64,000 nucleotides of DNA from Candidatus Krumholzibacteriota bacterium. GTDB lineage: Bacteria; Krumholzibacteriota; Krumholzibacteriia; JAJRXK01. The stretch spans positions 251,982-315,981 of the forward strand of contig JAJDAC010000022.1 in NCBI GenBank assembly GCA_029262065.1, in the 5' to 3' direction. This document shows, in pieces, positions 18,214 to 28,358 of this stretch (position 1 is its first letter; each line of letters begins with the position of its first letter). Below the pieces are notes generated by a model. The model saw only the letters and a program-made list of their open reading frames with translations. It had not been told where the DNA came from and did no database searches. The position numbers were made by a program, and so were the translations under genes.

Positions 18214-19290
18214 CTACCGGGCGTAGCCCTCGCCGGCTTCCAACCGAAGTTGCGCCAGCCACCGCATGTACTTGTCCTGTGGGTCGAGTTCGATCGCGCG
18301 TTCAGCACTAACCATGGCTTCCCGCTCGCGGCCCATTACGTCCGCGGCCAACGACTTGTTGAAATGATTGGCGGCGTCGTTGGGGTAGGCCCGCACCGCG
18401 GAACTGAATGCTTCGTACGCCTTGTCCCACAGACCCGACTGGGCGTAGGAGATACCCAGTTCGGTCTGGGGCAGTTCATTGTTCTCGAAGTTCACACGAC
18501 GCGTAACGGTGCGCGGATGAATGCGACCCAGGAACCGGTACGTCACCTCGGCGGCCAGGTCTTCCAGAATGACATCCTTGGGTGGCAACTTCTCTCGTTC
18601 GTCGTCCCAAGCCCGCTTGGCGAAGCGCGCGGTTTCCGACTTCAGCGCCACGATTTCACCCGTGTTGATATTGGCCAGGCGAAAGGTCACACCAACGTTG
18701 CCCTCGCGCATCACGTAACCGCGATCGATCAGGATCACCTCGGTGATCTCTTCTTCGATGGTCTCGATTTCGCCTTCGCCATTCTCGCGCTCCACGGTGC
18801 GGTACCGCCCGGTACCCACCTCGCGCTCGATGCGCTCCACTCCGGTCTGCTGGTCGATGCTATACGCGTCCACCACGCCAAAGATCAGAGCATCGACGCC
18901 CATGAGCTTCAGGTCACGGACCGTGTCGGGGTCGACGACATCGGAATCGTTGAAATCGCGCTCGGCCAGGATGCGATCCAGCTCGTCTCGCTCGAACAGC
19001 TGGAAGTAGCCCTCGTCCACGATGCCTTCGGCCAACTTGGCCGAGATCATTCGCCCCGAACGATCGAGACCGCGGAACTCGGCCACGGCAATGCGCTGGA
19101 TTTCGTCAACGTTGGCTTCGGGTGGTACTACCATGCTGTAGTACGCGGATTTGGACGAGCAACCCAGTAGGGCCATACAGGCCAGTACCAGGACAGGAAG
19201 AATACGTTTGATGGACAGCACCGCGGCCTCCGGGGAACGGGTCGGTGGAAATGGGACACTCCACCGACCCGTTAGCAATTGGAACGCCAA
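18214..19290 (-). CDS. Lipoprotein with CsgG/LpoB-like N-terminal domain and C-terminal TPR
   Basis: Lipobox LLGCSS; the true start is probably internal, near 19220. A CsgG-family-like block (IQRIAVAEFRGLDRSGRMISAKLAEGIVDEGYFQLFERDELDRIL...MGVDALIFGVVD). C-terminal TPR (YAQSGLWDKAYEAFSSAVRAYPNDAANHFN..). Confidence 0.4.
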   Translation of the reverse strand: MAFQLLTGRWSVPFPPTRSPEAAVLSIKRILPVLVLACMALLGCSSKSAYYSMVVPPEANVDEIQRIAVAEFRGLDRSGRMISAKLAEGIVDEGYFQLFERDELDRILAERDFNDSDVVDPDTVRDLKLMGVDALIFGVVDAYSIDQQTGVERIEREVGTGRYRTVERENGEGEIETIEEEITEVILIDRGYVMREGNVGVTFRLANINTGEIVALKSETARFAKRAWDDEREKLPPKDVILEDLAAEVTYRFLGRIHPRTVTRRVNFENNELPQTELGISYAQSGLWDKAYEAFSSAVRAYPNDAANHFNKSLAADVMGREREAMVSAERAIELDPQDKYMRWLAQLRLEAGEGYAR

Positions 19291-19330
19291 GCGTTCCCCC
19301 GGAGGTAGGCAAACCTTGCCGAGTACGGGC

Positions 19331-22012
19331 TTACAGGTCTCGATTCACCTGGGCGTCGAGCGCCGCCACGATGCGGGCACGGCTTTCATCCAGGTGGGCC
19401 CGCGTCTCGTCGTCGACAGTACCGTCGCCCAGCGCCGAATCGATGCTGGCCCGCAGCTCGACCAGATTGGCCCGAGCGAACGACATGGCGTCCTCAGGCA
19501 CGCGAATCTGGCCCGCGGGCTCGTTGCCTCTGAACGGTGAGTACCACGGTGCGCTGGGCGGGTCCACGGCCAGAGCGATCAAGTGACGCAGGTGCGCCCG
19601 CTGTAGGTTGCGACGGAAGCTGTTGATCGTGCCCGCCGTCCCCACTTCGGACCAGATGCTCTCGCCCACCTCACGAAAGACATCGTGCATGGTCAGCGGG
19701 TTGCTGCCTGGCTCGAAATGCAACGGGAAATCGAGCAGACGGTTGAGCAGGATCGGGTGGTAGATACGCGACAGTGCCGCGCGTTGGGCATTCAACACCA
19801 CGTCGTGCAACGGGTAGTCGATGCGGGGCGCGTAGTACTGACTCCAATCGAAATCCATCAGGCGCTCCGGCGCGAGCTTGTTGGTAAGACTGGCCGGCAC
19901 GGTGAACGACTCTTCGCTGAACAGGTGGGTCTTCAGGAAGTCCAGCGCTCGGCGCTGGTCTTCCACCGTGACCGGTTCGAACGGCAGGCGCCCTTCGGGG
20001 TCACCAATGTGGTCCCGGTTGTGATGAAAACCAGCCAGGTATTTGGGTACCACCGCGGCCGCCGTGAAGTACGCGCCCATGGAGCGGCCAAATACCGTAC
20101 GGTGCTTCTGGTAGCCGCCGCCCTTGTTGGCGAAGGTCTCCTCCATCGAACCAATGACCTCGCCCACCAACGCGATTCGCTGAGCATGGTAACCAATGGG
20201 GTCCGAACTGAGATCCCACGGGTTGATGACGGGATCGATGCCACGCGGTGAGAAACCCAACGCATCTTCGTCGGTGCCGTAGGCCAACATGGGCTCGGAC
20301 GAACGCGACGCGATGGCCTCGAGTTGTTCCATCTGCGAATCGGGATCACCGGCAACGGGTGTGTACGCGTACTCGATGGCCCACATGTCGTAGGTACCGA
20401 GTGTGGTATGGAAGAACTCGCCCTGCTCGGCGCCGCGAGCCGCAATGTTCACCGGGTTATAGTCCATGACCGAACCGGTGAGACCGTACTTCTGCGTGCG
20501 CTCGCGATCGTTGAGCTGCTCGAGGGTATGCAACGTGCTGGCGTGGTAGTTGTGACGCATACCCAGGGTGTGGCCCACCTCGTGCGCCACGAGATCCACG
20601 ATGGCCTCGTGCAGATACCGACGGAACTCTTCGGAATCGGTGTCGGTAATGCCTCGGGCCATGAGCAGATCGCCACCGAACGCGACCTCCCGTGCCTTCT
20701 GCGATCCGTAGCTGCACGCATCGCTAGCTACCGGCGGCACGTCCAGCTGCATGACGTCGGCGAAATTTGTCAGCGGGTTCACCTGTTCGTCGTAGGACAG
20801 GAACATGGCGCGTACGTAGTCAGCCGAGATTCGAATGTCGGCCGCGTACAACTCACCTGTATAGGGATTGGCACTCGACGGGCCCACCGCGTAGGAACCG
20901 CCGGGCATGACGATCCAGCGAATGGTGTTGTAACGGATGTCCGAAGGATCCCACTCGGCATTGTCGGGCATCTGCTTTACCACCACCGCGTCCTGGAAAC
21001 CCAGGGCATCGAACGCCTGGTTCCAGAGCAGGGCCCCCTCGCGGATGGACGCACGGTACTCGTGAGGCACCGTGTTCTCGATCCAATAGACGATCGGCTT
21101 CTGCGGCTTGCTCTTGGTGGCCTCGGGGTTGGACTTCTTCAGGTTCCATCGGTTCACGTACCAGATGTACGGCGTATCGCGCTCGAGTGAAGAAAAGTCC
21201 TGGAACTGCGTTACGAAGTGGCCCACGCGATCGTCGGCGTAGCGCGGTTGGTAGTCCGACTCGGGGATCGCCGAGAGGCTGAACCGGTAGCGATGCTGCA
21301 TGCTGCGGGCATCGGGAATCCGCATGTTGGTGGCGATCTGCTTCTTGCTGGTGTAGTGAGCAACCAGCTCGATTTCGGCGTTCATGGGGAACGATTTGAT
21401 GAACGAAAACCGACTGCCACTCTTGTCGAACGAGTAGCTCAATTTGGCCCGACCCGAACTCAGAGCCTCGGCGATGCCAAGGTGGTCCTGAACGAAAAAG
21501 TCAGCCGGATCGACGAGCCAACTGCCGCGCTTCTCGTGCTTGGGGCCCTTTATCTCGGCTGTGCCCACGACCGAGTTCGTGACGCCACGTTCCACGGCGC
21601 CTGCAATGGGTAGATCCGCGTCGGCACGGTAGTACACGTTCTTGTGCAGCAGCCGAATGTTGTTGCCGGTCTTTTCGAAGATAATGGGGTAGGCGGAAGC
21701 CATGGTGCCCGAGTCGAAGAACATTCCGTCCCCCGCTTCGCGCGCGACATCACACATGTACACGGTACCCAGTTGCTCCGGCGTGATCTCCATGTACCAC
21801 TTATCGTCATCGTCATGGCGGTAGAAGGTGAATAGGCCTTCGACGGTATCGAAGTCCTCGATCATGGCTTCGAACGTCTTCTCTTCCTTCTTGTCATCAC
21901 CCGACTTCTCGCCCTTGGCTTCTTTATCCTCGTCGCCGCCGGCCGATACGGGCATGGCGACGAACAACACTAGGAGGAGGATCCCGAGAGTTCGGGTCGT
22001 CCTTGGATTCAT
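19331..22012 (-). CDS. Large secreted zinc-dependent metalloprotease (metzincin-like HExxHxxGxxH; DUF4953-type)
   Basis: Signal peptide and an acidic/Lys-rich linker. Zinc-binding motif VAHEVGHTLGMRHNYHAS. 893 aa. Confidence 0.7.
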   Translation of the reverse strand: MNPRTTRTLGILLLVLFVAMPVSAGGDEDKEAKGEKSGDDKKEEKTFEAMIEDFDTVEGLFTFYRHDDDDKWYMEITPEQLGTVYMCDVAREAGDGMFFDSGTMASAYPIIFEKTGNNIRLLHKNVYYRADADLPIAGAVERGVTNSVVGTAEIKGPKHEKRGSWLVDPADFFVQDHLGIAEALSSGRAKLSYSFDKSGSRFSFIKSFPMNAEIELVAHYTSKKQIATNMRIPDARSMQHRYRFSLSAIPESDYQPRYADDRVGHFVTQFQDFSSLERDTPYIWYVNRWNLKKSNPEATKSKPQKPIVYWIENTVPHEYRASIREGALLWNQAFDALGFQDAVVVKQMPDNAEWDPSDIRYNTIRWIVMPGGSYAVGPSSANPYTGELYAADIRISADYVRAMFLSYDEQVNPLTNFADVMQLDVPPVASDACSYGSQKAREVAFGGDLLMARGITDTDSEEFRRYLHEAIVDLVAHEVGHTLGMRHNYHASTLHTLEQLNDRERTQKYGLTGSVMDYNPVNIAARGAEQGEFFHTTLGTYDMWAIEYAYTPVAGDPDSQMEQLEAIASRSSEPMLAYGTDEDALGFSPRGIDPVINPWDLSSDPIGYHAQRIALVGEVIGSMEETFANKGGGYQKHRTVFGRSMGAYFTAAAVVPKYLAGFHHNRDHIGDPEGRLPFEPVTVEDQRRALDFLKTHLFSEESFTVPASLTNKLAPERLMDFDWSQYYAPRIDYPLHDVVLNAQRAALSRIYHPILLNRLLDFPLHFEPGSNPLTMHDVFREVGESIWSEVGTAGTINSFRRNLQRAHLRHLIALAVDPPSAPWYSPFRGNEPAGQIRVPEDAMSFARANLVELRASIDSALGDGTVDDETRAHLDESRARIVAALDAQVNRDL

Positions 22013-22197
22013 GATTCGGCTCCCTTGGAATTGAACAGTAGCTCACGCGAGCTCGAGGCGAGGGCGGGCGATACTACGATACGGCATCTGGAAACGAACG
22101 GTTGCACGAGCTGAATGTCCGGCGCGGCCGGCCCCGTAACGCGTGGTTTTTCAATAGGCCCGGGGCCCAAGCGATCACGAATTCAGCGCGCCGGCCC

Positions 22198-23145
22198 CTA
22201 CCCGCGCCGGCGCCACAGGAGCACCACGCCACCGGTGATGAGAATAAACCAGTAATTCAACGCGCGATCAACCAGGGCCACCGCCGTGGCCACGGTCGGC
22301 TCCACGCCAATCAGCGGCAGTGCCTGTTGGTAGAACAGCTCCACCGTCCCCAATCCACCGGGGGTAATGGGTAAGCCGGTCAGAACGGCCGCGGCCAGGG
22401 CGAAGAACCCAACCTCCACTATTGGCCGAGGCGCATCGAAGGCCGCCAGCACGCACCAGAGGCGCACGCACTCCAACAACCATAGCACCACACTCAGCCC
22501 CAATACCGCGCTCGGTTGACGCAGGGCACGGAACGTACTGCCCTGGAACTCGCGATAGCGACGCTCGGCCCATTGCGGCAAGAACCTCACGAGGCTTTGT
22601 GGTGAACGCCGCAGAACCGTCAAACCCACCAACAAGACCAAGCCCAGCAACGCGGCCGAGCCGCCTACGATCGAGAACAATTCATCCCCGCGGTCCGACG
22701 TCCAGATGAGAAACAGCGCCAGGACCATGGTGACCAACGTTCCCACATCCAGCACGCGGGCGGCCAGGATCGTTCCCAGGACATGCGACGCCGAAAGTCC
22801 CCGCTCGGTCTTGAGCGTGAGGGCGGCAAAGACATCGCCGGAGCGGCTGGGCAGAACACAGTTGATGGTCCAGGCGCGATAGATGGTGCCCATGAGCGCG
22901 ACCACGCCCACGTGAGAGCCCGCGCGTTTCAGAAGAATATGCCACCGCCACCCGCGGGCGGGGATGGAAGCGTAGAAGAAAACGAACCCCGCGATCACCC
23001 ATGCCCAGTTGGCACTGCGCACATGCTGCCAGGTGGAAGACGGATCGGCCCTGGTCATCAGCAGAACCAACGCGGCGCCCGCCACGAGCAGACTCGTGGC
23101 GCGGTGGACGCGACGAGGCCAAGGTGATTTCCCGTCGACACTCAT
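22198..23145 (-). CDS. Flippase-like integral membrane protein (lysylphosphatidylglycerol-synthase TM region / UPF0104 family)
   Basis: Begins at the internal Met (MSVDGK); ATGA start/stop overlap with the upstream TMTC-like gene. About 8 transmembrane helices and Gly-rich loops typical of the LPG_synthase_TM domain. Confidence 0.5.
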   Translation of the reverse strand: MSVDGKSPWPRRVHRATSLLVAGAALVLLMTRADPSSTWQHVRSANWAWVIAGFVFFYASIPARGWRWHILLKRAGSHVGVVALMGTIYRAWTINCVLPSRSGDVFAALTLKTERGLSASHVLGTILAARVLDVGTLVTMVLALFLIWTSDRGDELFSIVGGSAALLGLVLLVGLTVLRRSPQSLVRFLPQWAERRYREFQGSTFRALRQPSAVLGLSVVLWLLECVRLWCVLAAFDAPRPIVEVGFFALAAAVLTGLPITPGGLGTVELFYQQALPLIGVEPTVATAVALVDRALNYWFILITGGVVLLWRRRG

Positions 23146-24842
23146 TGCGACTGCCGCCGGGCTTCTTCCAACATCGCCTTCACCCGGTCGTTGTCTGGCC
23201 GCAGACGGGACGCCGCCTCGGCCGCCTCGCGGGCCAGCTTCCATTCGCCCCTGGCCCCCTGCACGCGGGCCAAGCCCAGGTGCCCCCGCCAGTTCATGGG
23301 ATTGGCGGCGATCGCCGCGTGCGCGTGCTGCTCAGCGGACGCCATGTCGCCCCGTGTGAGCGCGATGCTCAAGAGATTCACATGGGCGTCGTCAGAAGTG
23401 GGATCGTAGCGAAGAGCCTGGCGATAGTGATGCTCGGCCCGATCCAGGTTGCGCTGCAAATAGAACACATTGCCCAGATTGGTATGGGCCGCGGGCAGCG
23501 ACGGTTTCACTTCGATGGCCTGCTGCAGATATCGCATGGCCGCGGCCTGCTCGCCAGCCTGTGCACATACGGTGCCCAGACCGTTCAATGCCTGGAAGTT
23601 GCGCCCGTTCTGGGCGACGGCCCTTTCGAACAGAGCGCGGCTATCGCGCCAGACCGGCACCTGGGCGTAGGTACCCACGGCGCTCGCGCTCACCGCCAGC
23701 ACGGACAGCGTGATCGCGATGGCTCGTTGCACGCGACCGCGTTCGGCCAGAGCCACCACGGCCGCGACCAGGAAGATCCAGAGACCCAGTTGGGGAATGT
23801 AGGTATAGCGATCGGCCACGGACTGGCTGCCCACCTGAACGATTCCAATCACCGGCACCAGCGTGCCCAGATACCACAACCATCCTACCAGTGGCGCGCT
23901 CATGCCACGCCGGGCCAGGTTCACACAGGATGTCGTCATCACTCCCACGGCCAGAATCGCGCCCACGACAAAGCTCAGCGACCACGTTCCACCGGCCTCC
24001 ATCTGTGCGGGGTGCAAGTACAGATAACTCAGATCAACCGGCCAGACCGTCATGGTGAGATAGCGCTCGTAGGCAACGATGGCGTTGGCCAACCGCGCCA
24101 ACAGATCGACTTTTTCCAGGCCAGAAACCGCGCCCCCACCGCGCTGCGCCATGAAGGTGATGACCGACACGGCGACGGAGAGCGCGAAGAACGGAATCTT
24201 CTCCCGCCATCTCGCCTTCCACGCCAGCGGTCGACGCAACGGCCACGCGTCCAGCAACAACAGGGTAAACGGCAGGGTAACCAGCATGGCCTTGGACAGA
24301 AGACCGCCCGCAAACAGGACCAGGGACGCGACGTACCAAACCTGCCGTCGCGTACGGGCGTACAAGGCGTAGGACAGGGTGCACGCGAACCAGAAGGCCG
24401 AACTGAGGACATCTTTGCGCTCGGCGATCCAGGCCACCGATTCCACCCGCAGCGGGTGGAGGGCAAACAGGGCGGCCAACAACAATGACGCCCACCACCG
24501 ACCGCTGAGGGCGGCGGCACAGGCAAACACGAGCGCAGCATTGAGCGCGTGCAAGAGCACATTCGTCCGATGATACGGAGCGGGGTCCAGGGCCCCGGAA
24601 CCGCGATCGGCCATGAGCGACAACCAGGTAAACGGTAACCAATTCGAGGCGTGGGTCTCGACAAAAGCCCACTTCACCGATTCAGGCGTCAGGCCCTGCC
24701 TTACATAAGGATTCTCGGTCACGAAGTCCGGATCGTCGACGGCCACGAAGTCGTAGCCAACGGTAGGCCAATACAGACCAAGGGTGACCGCCACCAGGAC
24801 GATCACCCCCAAAACAACGTTGCGTGGCGGTAGAACGCTCAC
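23142..24842 (-). CDS. PMT/TMTC-like polytopic glycosyltransferase (GT39-like, DUF1736) with C-terminal TPR repeats
   Basis: N-terminal multi-TM domain with a DD motif in the first loop (FVAVDDPDFV). The C-terminal ~170 aa are TPR (RYLQQAIEVKPSLPAAHTNLGNVF.., HYRQALRYDPTSDDAHVNL..). Confidence 0.6.
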   Translation of the reverse strand: MSVLPPRNVVLGVIVLVAVTLGLYWPTVGYDFVAVDDPDFVTENPYVRQGLTPESVKWAFVETHASNWLPFTWLSLMADRGSGALDPAPYHRTNVLLHALNAALVFACAAALSGRWWASLLLAALFALHPLRVESVAWIAERKDVLSSAFWFACTLSYALYARTRRQVWYVASLVLFAGGLLSKAMLVTLPFTLLLLDAWPLRRPLAWKARWREKIPFFALSVAVSVITFMAQRGGGAVSGLEKVDLLARLANAIVAYERYLTMTVWPVDLSYLYLHPAQMEAGGTWSLSFVVGAILAVGVMTTSCVNLARRGMSAPLVGWLWYLGTLVPVIGIVQVGSQSVADRYTYIPQLGLWIFLVAAVVALAERGRVQRAIAITLSVLAVSASAVGTYAQVPVWRDSRALFERAVAQNGRNFQALNGLGTVCAQAGEQAAAMRYLQQAIEVKPSLPAAHTNLGNVFYLQRNLDRAEHHYRQALRYDPTSDDAHVNLLSIALTRGDMASAEQHAHAAIAANPMNWRGHLGLARVQGARGEWKLAREAAEAASRLRPDNDRVKAMLEEARRQSQ

Positions 24843-24851
24843 ACGAAGAAC

Positions 24852-27800
24852 TTAGCGGCCGCCGGGTATCGCCCGACCGGGTGTCCACGGCACACCCGCG
24901 GCCTCCAGCGCACTTTCGAGCTCGGGCAATTCGATCGACGCAATGGCGCTCAGTTCCCGCCTGAACTCGGCGAACTGCTCGCGCGCGATTTCCAGACTTC
25001 GTAGATGTGTCGACGTGGGACCATAGGTCGAGCGGAAGTTACCCAGGAACACAACTCCCAGACGATCCGAGATCGACATTGGACCCTGGTCGTTGGCAAA
25101 TCCTCGCCTCTGGTCTCCGTTCAGGCCACGATCCAGCGAGACCAACTTCGCGTTGAGGCCGGCGACCTGGGACTCGATGGCCGGGTCATGAAGCGTCGAC
25201 CGAATCAGAACCTCGCGGATTGCCTCAACCCGACGACGAACTTCGGTAAGGCGCGCGTTGGCGCCGTCGGTCTGCCTTGCAAACTCTGAGTAGTCTTGCA
25301 TGAAGGTGGCCACCTCACCCGGTGATGCGCCAATCATGCCGCGTTCGCGCAATGGCTCCACCAAGAAAGAGAAAGACTGGCCAGCATCGTCCAGTTGTCC
25401 GTCCACCATCCGGCCGATCTCCACGGAGTAACGGCCAGGCGCCGCCAGCGGCCCCCGAGGTTCGAAGAACTCATCCCCTTCGCTCTCCTGCCAGGCCGAG
25501 GTTTCTGGGTAGCGCAGATCCCAGGCTACCCGGTGGAAACCCTTGGTCGCTGGGCCCGACAATCGCCGAACCACTTCGCCGTTCGTGTTGCGAACGGTCA
25601 AGATGATCTGGGGTTCGGCCTCCAGCTCCTCGTCTTGCAGGACGCTCCAACCGGGATACGGCGTATCGTCGCCTTCCTCGGCCAATTTCTTTTCGCGCTC
25701 CTGACGCACCTGCTTGCGGGTCTTGATCGTCGAACCCAGGTAATACGTGAAGGTCGCACCGAACGGCGGGTTCTCGGCCACGTAAAACGAATCTCCCTGC
25801 CAGGCCTGGCCATCGCCTCCCATGGGGGTGCGCTCGACGTACCACTTGGCGTCCTTCACCGCGAACAACTTCAGGTCCGTGGCCAGGACTTCGTCGTCGA
25901 CCTCTCTCAGAGACGAGTAGTCGTCCAGAATGAAGAATCCGCGACCAAAGGTCGCCCCCACCAGGTCGTTTTCGCGTCGTTGGATCACGATGTCACGAAA
26001 CGGGATGTTGGGCGCGCCGCCTTTCAACTTCGTCCACCGTTCCCCCGCGTCGACCGTGAAGAACACACCGAACTCGGTGGCCAGGAACAGGAGGTCCGAC
26101 TTCACATGGTCCTGGACGATGCGCCAAGCCACATGACGATCAGGCAGATTACCCACCATGGATTTCCAGGAGCGACCCCGATTGGTACTGCGCAGGACGT
26201 ACGGTGAGAAGTCACCGGATTTGTGGTCATCGACCACCACGTAGACCGTATCGGGATCGTGGAGGTCGGCACGGATGTCGTTCACGAAGAAGCGTTGGGG
26301 GACTCCCGGCAACTTGTCGATCCGTTTCCACGACTGGCCACTGTCCTCGCTGATCTGAATGATGCCGTCGTCGGTTCCGGCGTAGAGTAACCCCTCCACC
26401 AAGGGTGACTCGCTCAACGATGTAACGGTCGCGAACTTCGACATGGCGTACAGGTCCCAGATGGCGTCGTAACTCCAGACACGCCCCATCATCGGCAATG
26501 TGAACCGATCTTCGCCCCGCGTCACATCACCGGATACCGCGCGCCAAGAATCTCCACGGTCGTCACTGCGCCACACGCGTTGGCTGGCGAAGTAGAGCCG
26601 AGCCGGATCGTGGGGGCTGATGAGAATCGGCGAGTCCCAATTGAACCGTTCGGTGGGCTCCCCTTTCTCGGGTTGAGGCTGGATATAGGTCATCTCGCCC
26701 GTCACACGGTCGAAACGGGTAAGGTTTCCCTGTTGCCACTCGCTGTAGATTATTTCGGGATTCGTGGGGTCGATGGCCGGTTGATGCCCGTCACCAAACA
26801 ACGTGACGATCCAGTCGCTATTGCGAATGCCGTTGGCATTGTCGGTACGCGAAGGCCCGTACTGCGTGTTGTTGTCCTGCGTGCCGCCCATGACGTGGTA
26901 GAACGGTTCGTCGTAGTCCACGGCCACCTTGTAGAACTGGGTAACGGGCAAGTTGGCAAAATAGCGCCACGATTCTCCTAGATCGAAACTTTCGTACAGG
27001 CCTCCGTCGCAACCCACCAGCAGGTAGTTCGGGTCGGATGTGAACGCCATCGCGTGGTCATCTACGTGCTTCTGCTCGGTATTCACGGGAGTCATGGTGG
27101 TACCACCGTCGTTCGTCACCCGCATTCTGGTATCCATCTGGTAGACGCGGTCGAACTGGTGGGGGCTGGCGAACAACTCCTGGTAGTAATGCGGGCCGGT
27201 AGCGCCCGAAATGAAGTCGTTACGCTTCTCCCATTTCTCACCGCCGTCGGTCGATCGGTAGAAACCGCCCTCGCGATGGGCCAACTCCACGGTAGCGTAG
27301 ATCACGCTGGGGTCCTGGGGCGACACCGCCAAACCAATCTTGCCCTTGTCCACCTCGGGCAGGCCGTTGGTAAGTTCGCGCCAGTTTGCACCGCTATCGG
27401 TCGACTTGAGGATTCTCGACTCGGGCCCACCGTTGATCAAGGCCGCTACCGTACGCAGACGCTGATGCGTGCTGGCATACAGCACATCAGGATTTTCGGG
27501 ATCCATCACGACTTCATTCACGCCGGTGTAGGGTCCCCCGCCCAGCAATTTCGTCCAGGTGGTGCCACCATCTTCACTCTTGAACAATCCCCGCTCTCCG
27601 CCCTCCGACCACAACGGGCCCTGGGCGGCTACGTACACGACGTTCGAATCGCGAGGATCGATCCGAATGGAACCGATGTGCTCGGATTCCTTCAACCCCA
27701 TGTTTTCCCAGGTCTGCCCCCCGTCACGGCTGCGATACACGCCATCGCCGTAGCCAACGTGTCGTCCGCCCACATTTTCGCCGGTGCCCACCCAAACCGT

Positions 27801-28139
27801 TTCCGGGCGGCTGGGATCAATGGTGATGCAACCGATGGAGTAGGAACCCTGGTCGTCGAAAATGGGAGTCCACGTGGTACCCGCGTTCGTCGTTTTCCAG
27901 ACGCCGCCACTGCCTACGGCCACGTACCACGTGCTCTCGTCGTGCGGATGGATCGCGATATCGGCGATCCGGCCCGACATGAACGCCGGGCCGATGTTTC
28001 GGAACGCAAGACCGGTGAAGGTCGATTCCTCGAAGGCTGACTTGTCGTCGGCCGCCACCGCCGTCCATCCGAATCCAATTACACACGAAAACACTACACC
28101 GGCGGTGAGGACCGCTCGTCGCATTCCATCGACCTCCAT
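24852..28139 (-). CDS. Sortilin/VPS10-like BNR (Asp-box) repeat beta-propeller protein, secreted
   Basis: Signal peptide. Multiple Asp-box motifs (SxDxGxTW: SRDGGQTW, SEDGGTTW, STDSGANW, STDGGEKW, SEDSGQSW, STNRGRSW). About 1090 aa. Resembles proteins annotated as glycosyl hydrolase BNR repeat/VPS10 domain proteins. Confidence 0.65.
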   Translation of the reverse strand: MEVDGMRRAVLTAGVVFSCVIGFGWTAVAADDKSAFEESTFTGLAFRNIGPAFMSGRIADIAIHPHDESTWYVAVGSGGVWKTTNAGTTWTPIFDDQGSYSIGCITIDPSRPETVWVGTGENVGGRHVGYGDGVYRSRDGGQTWENMGLKESEHIGSIRIDPRDSNVVYVAAQGPLWSEGGERGLFKSEDGGTTWTKLLGGGPYTGVNEVVMDPENPDVLYASTHQRLRTVAALINGGPESRILKSTDSGANWRELTNGLPEVDKGKIGLAVSPQDPSVIYATVELAHREGGFYRSTDGGEKWEKRNDFISGATGPHYYQELFASPHQFDRVYQMDTRMRVTNDGGTTMTPVNTEQKHVDDHAMAFTSDPNYLLVGCDGGLYESFDLGESWRYFANLPVTQFYKVAVDYDEPFYHVMGGTQDNNTQYGPSRTDNANGIRNSDWIVTLFGDGHQPAIDPTNPEIIYSEWQQGNLTRFDRVTGEMTYIQPQPEKGEPTERFNWDSPILISPHDPARLYFASQRVWRSDDRGDSWRAVSGDVTRGEDRFTLPMMGRVWSYDAIWDLYAMSKFATVTSLSESPLVEGLLYAGTDDGIIQISEDSGQSWKRIDKLPGVPQRFFVNDIRADLHDPDTVYVVVDDHKSGDFSPYVLRSTNRGRSWKSMVGNLPDRHVAWRIVQDHVKSDLLFLATEFGVFFTVDAGERWTKLKGGAPNIPFRDIVIQRRENDLVGATFGRGFFILDDYSSLREVDDEVLATDLKLFAVKDAKWYVERTPMGGDGQAWQGDSFYVAENPPFGATFTYYLGSTIKTRKQVRQEREKKLAEEGDDTPYPGWSVLQDEELEAEPQIILTVRNTNGEVVRRLSGPATKGFHRVAWDLRYPETSAWQESEGDEFFEPRGPLAAPGRYSVEIGRMVDGQLDDAGQSFSFLVEPLRERGMIGASPGEVATFMQDYSEFARQTDGANARLTEVRRRVEAIREVLIRSTLHDPAIESQVAGLNAKLVSLDRGLNGDQRRGFANDQGPMSISDRLGVVFLGNFRSTYGPTSTHLRSLEIAREQFAEFRRELSAIASIELPELESALEAAGVPWTPGRAIPGGR

Positions 28140-28358
28140 CAGGGGTTCAGTATCCCGGGGCCGGCCATGGTAGCACGGAGCCCGGAGGCCGAGAATGCCT
28201 GAGGAGCGAGGCTCTTGGCGCCCACGCTATTGCCCCCAGCCTGACGATCTGCGTACATTTGACGCGGATAGTGCGTGTCCCGAGCCGCACGGACCCTCCC
28301 GGTCCAGACTGTCCGTGCAAGCCCGAGTTCCTGCGAAAATCGAAATGGAGAGACGAAT

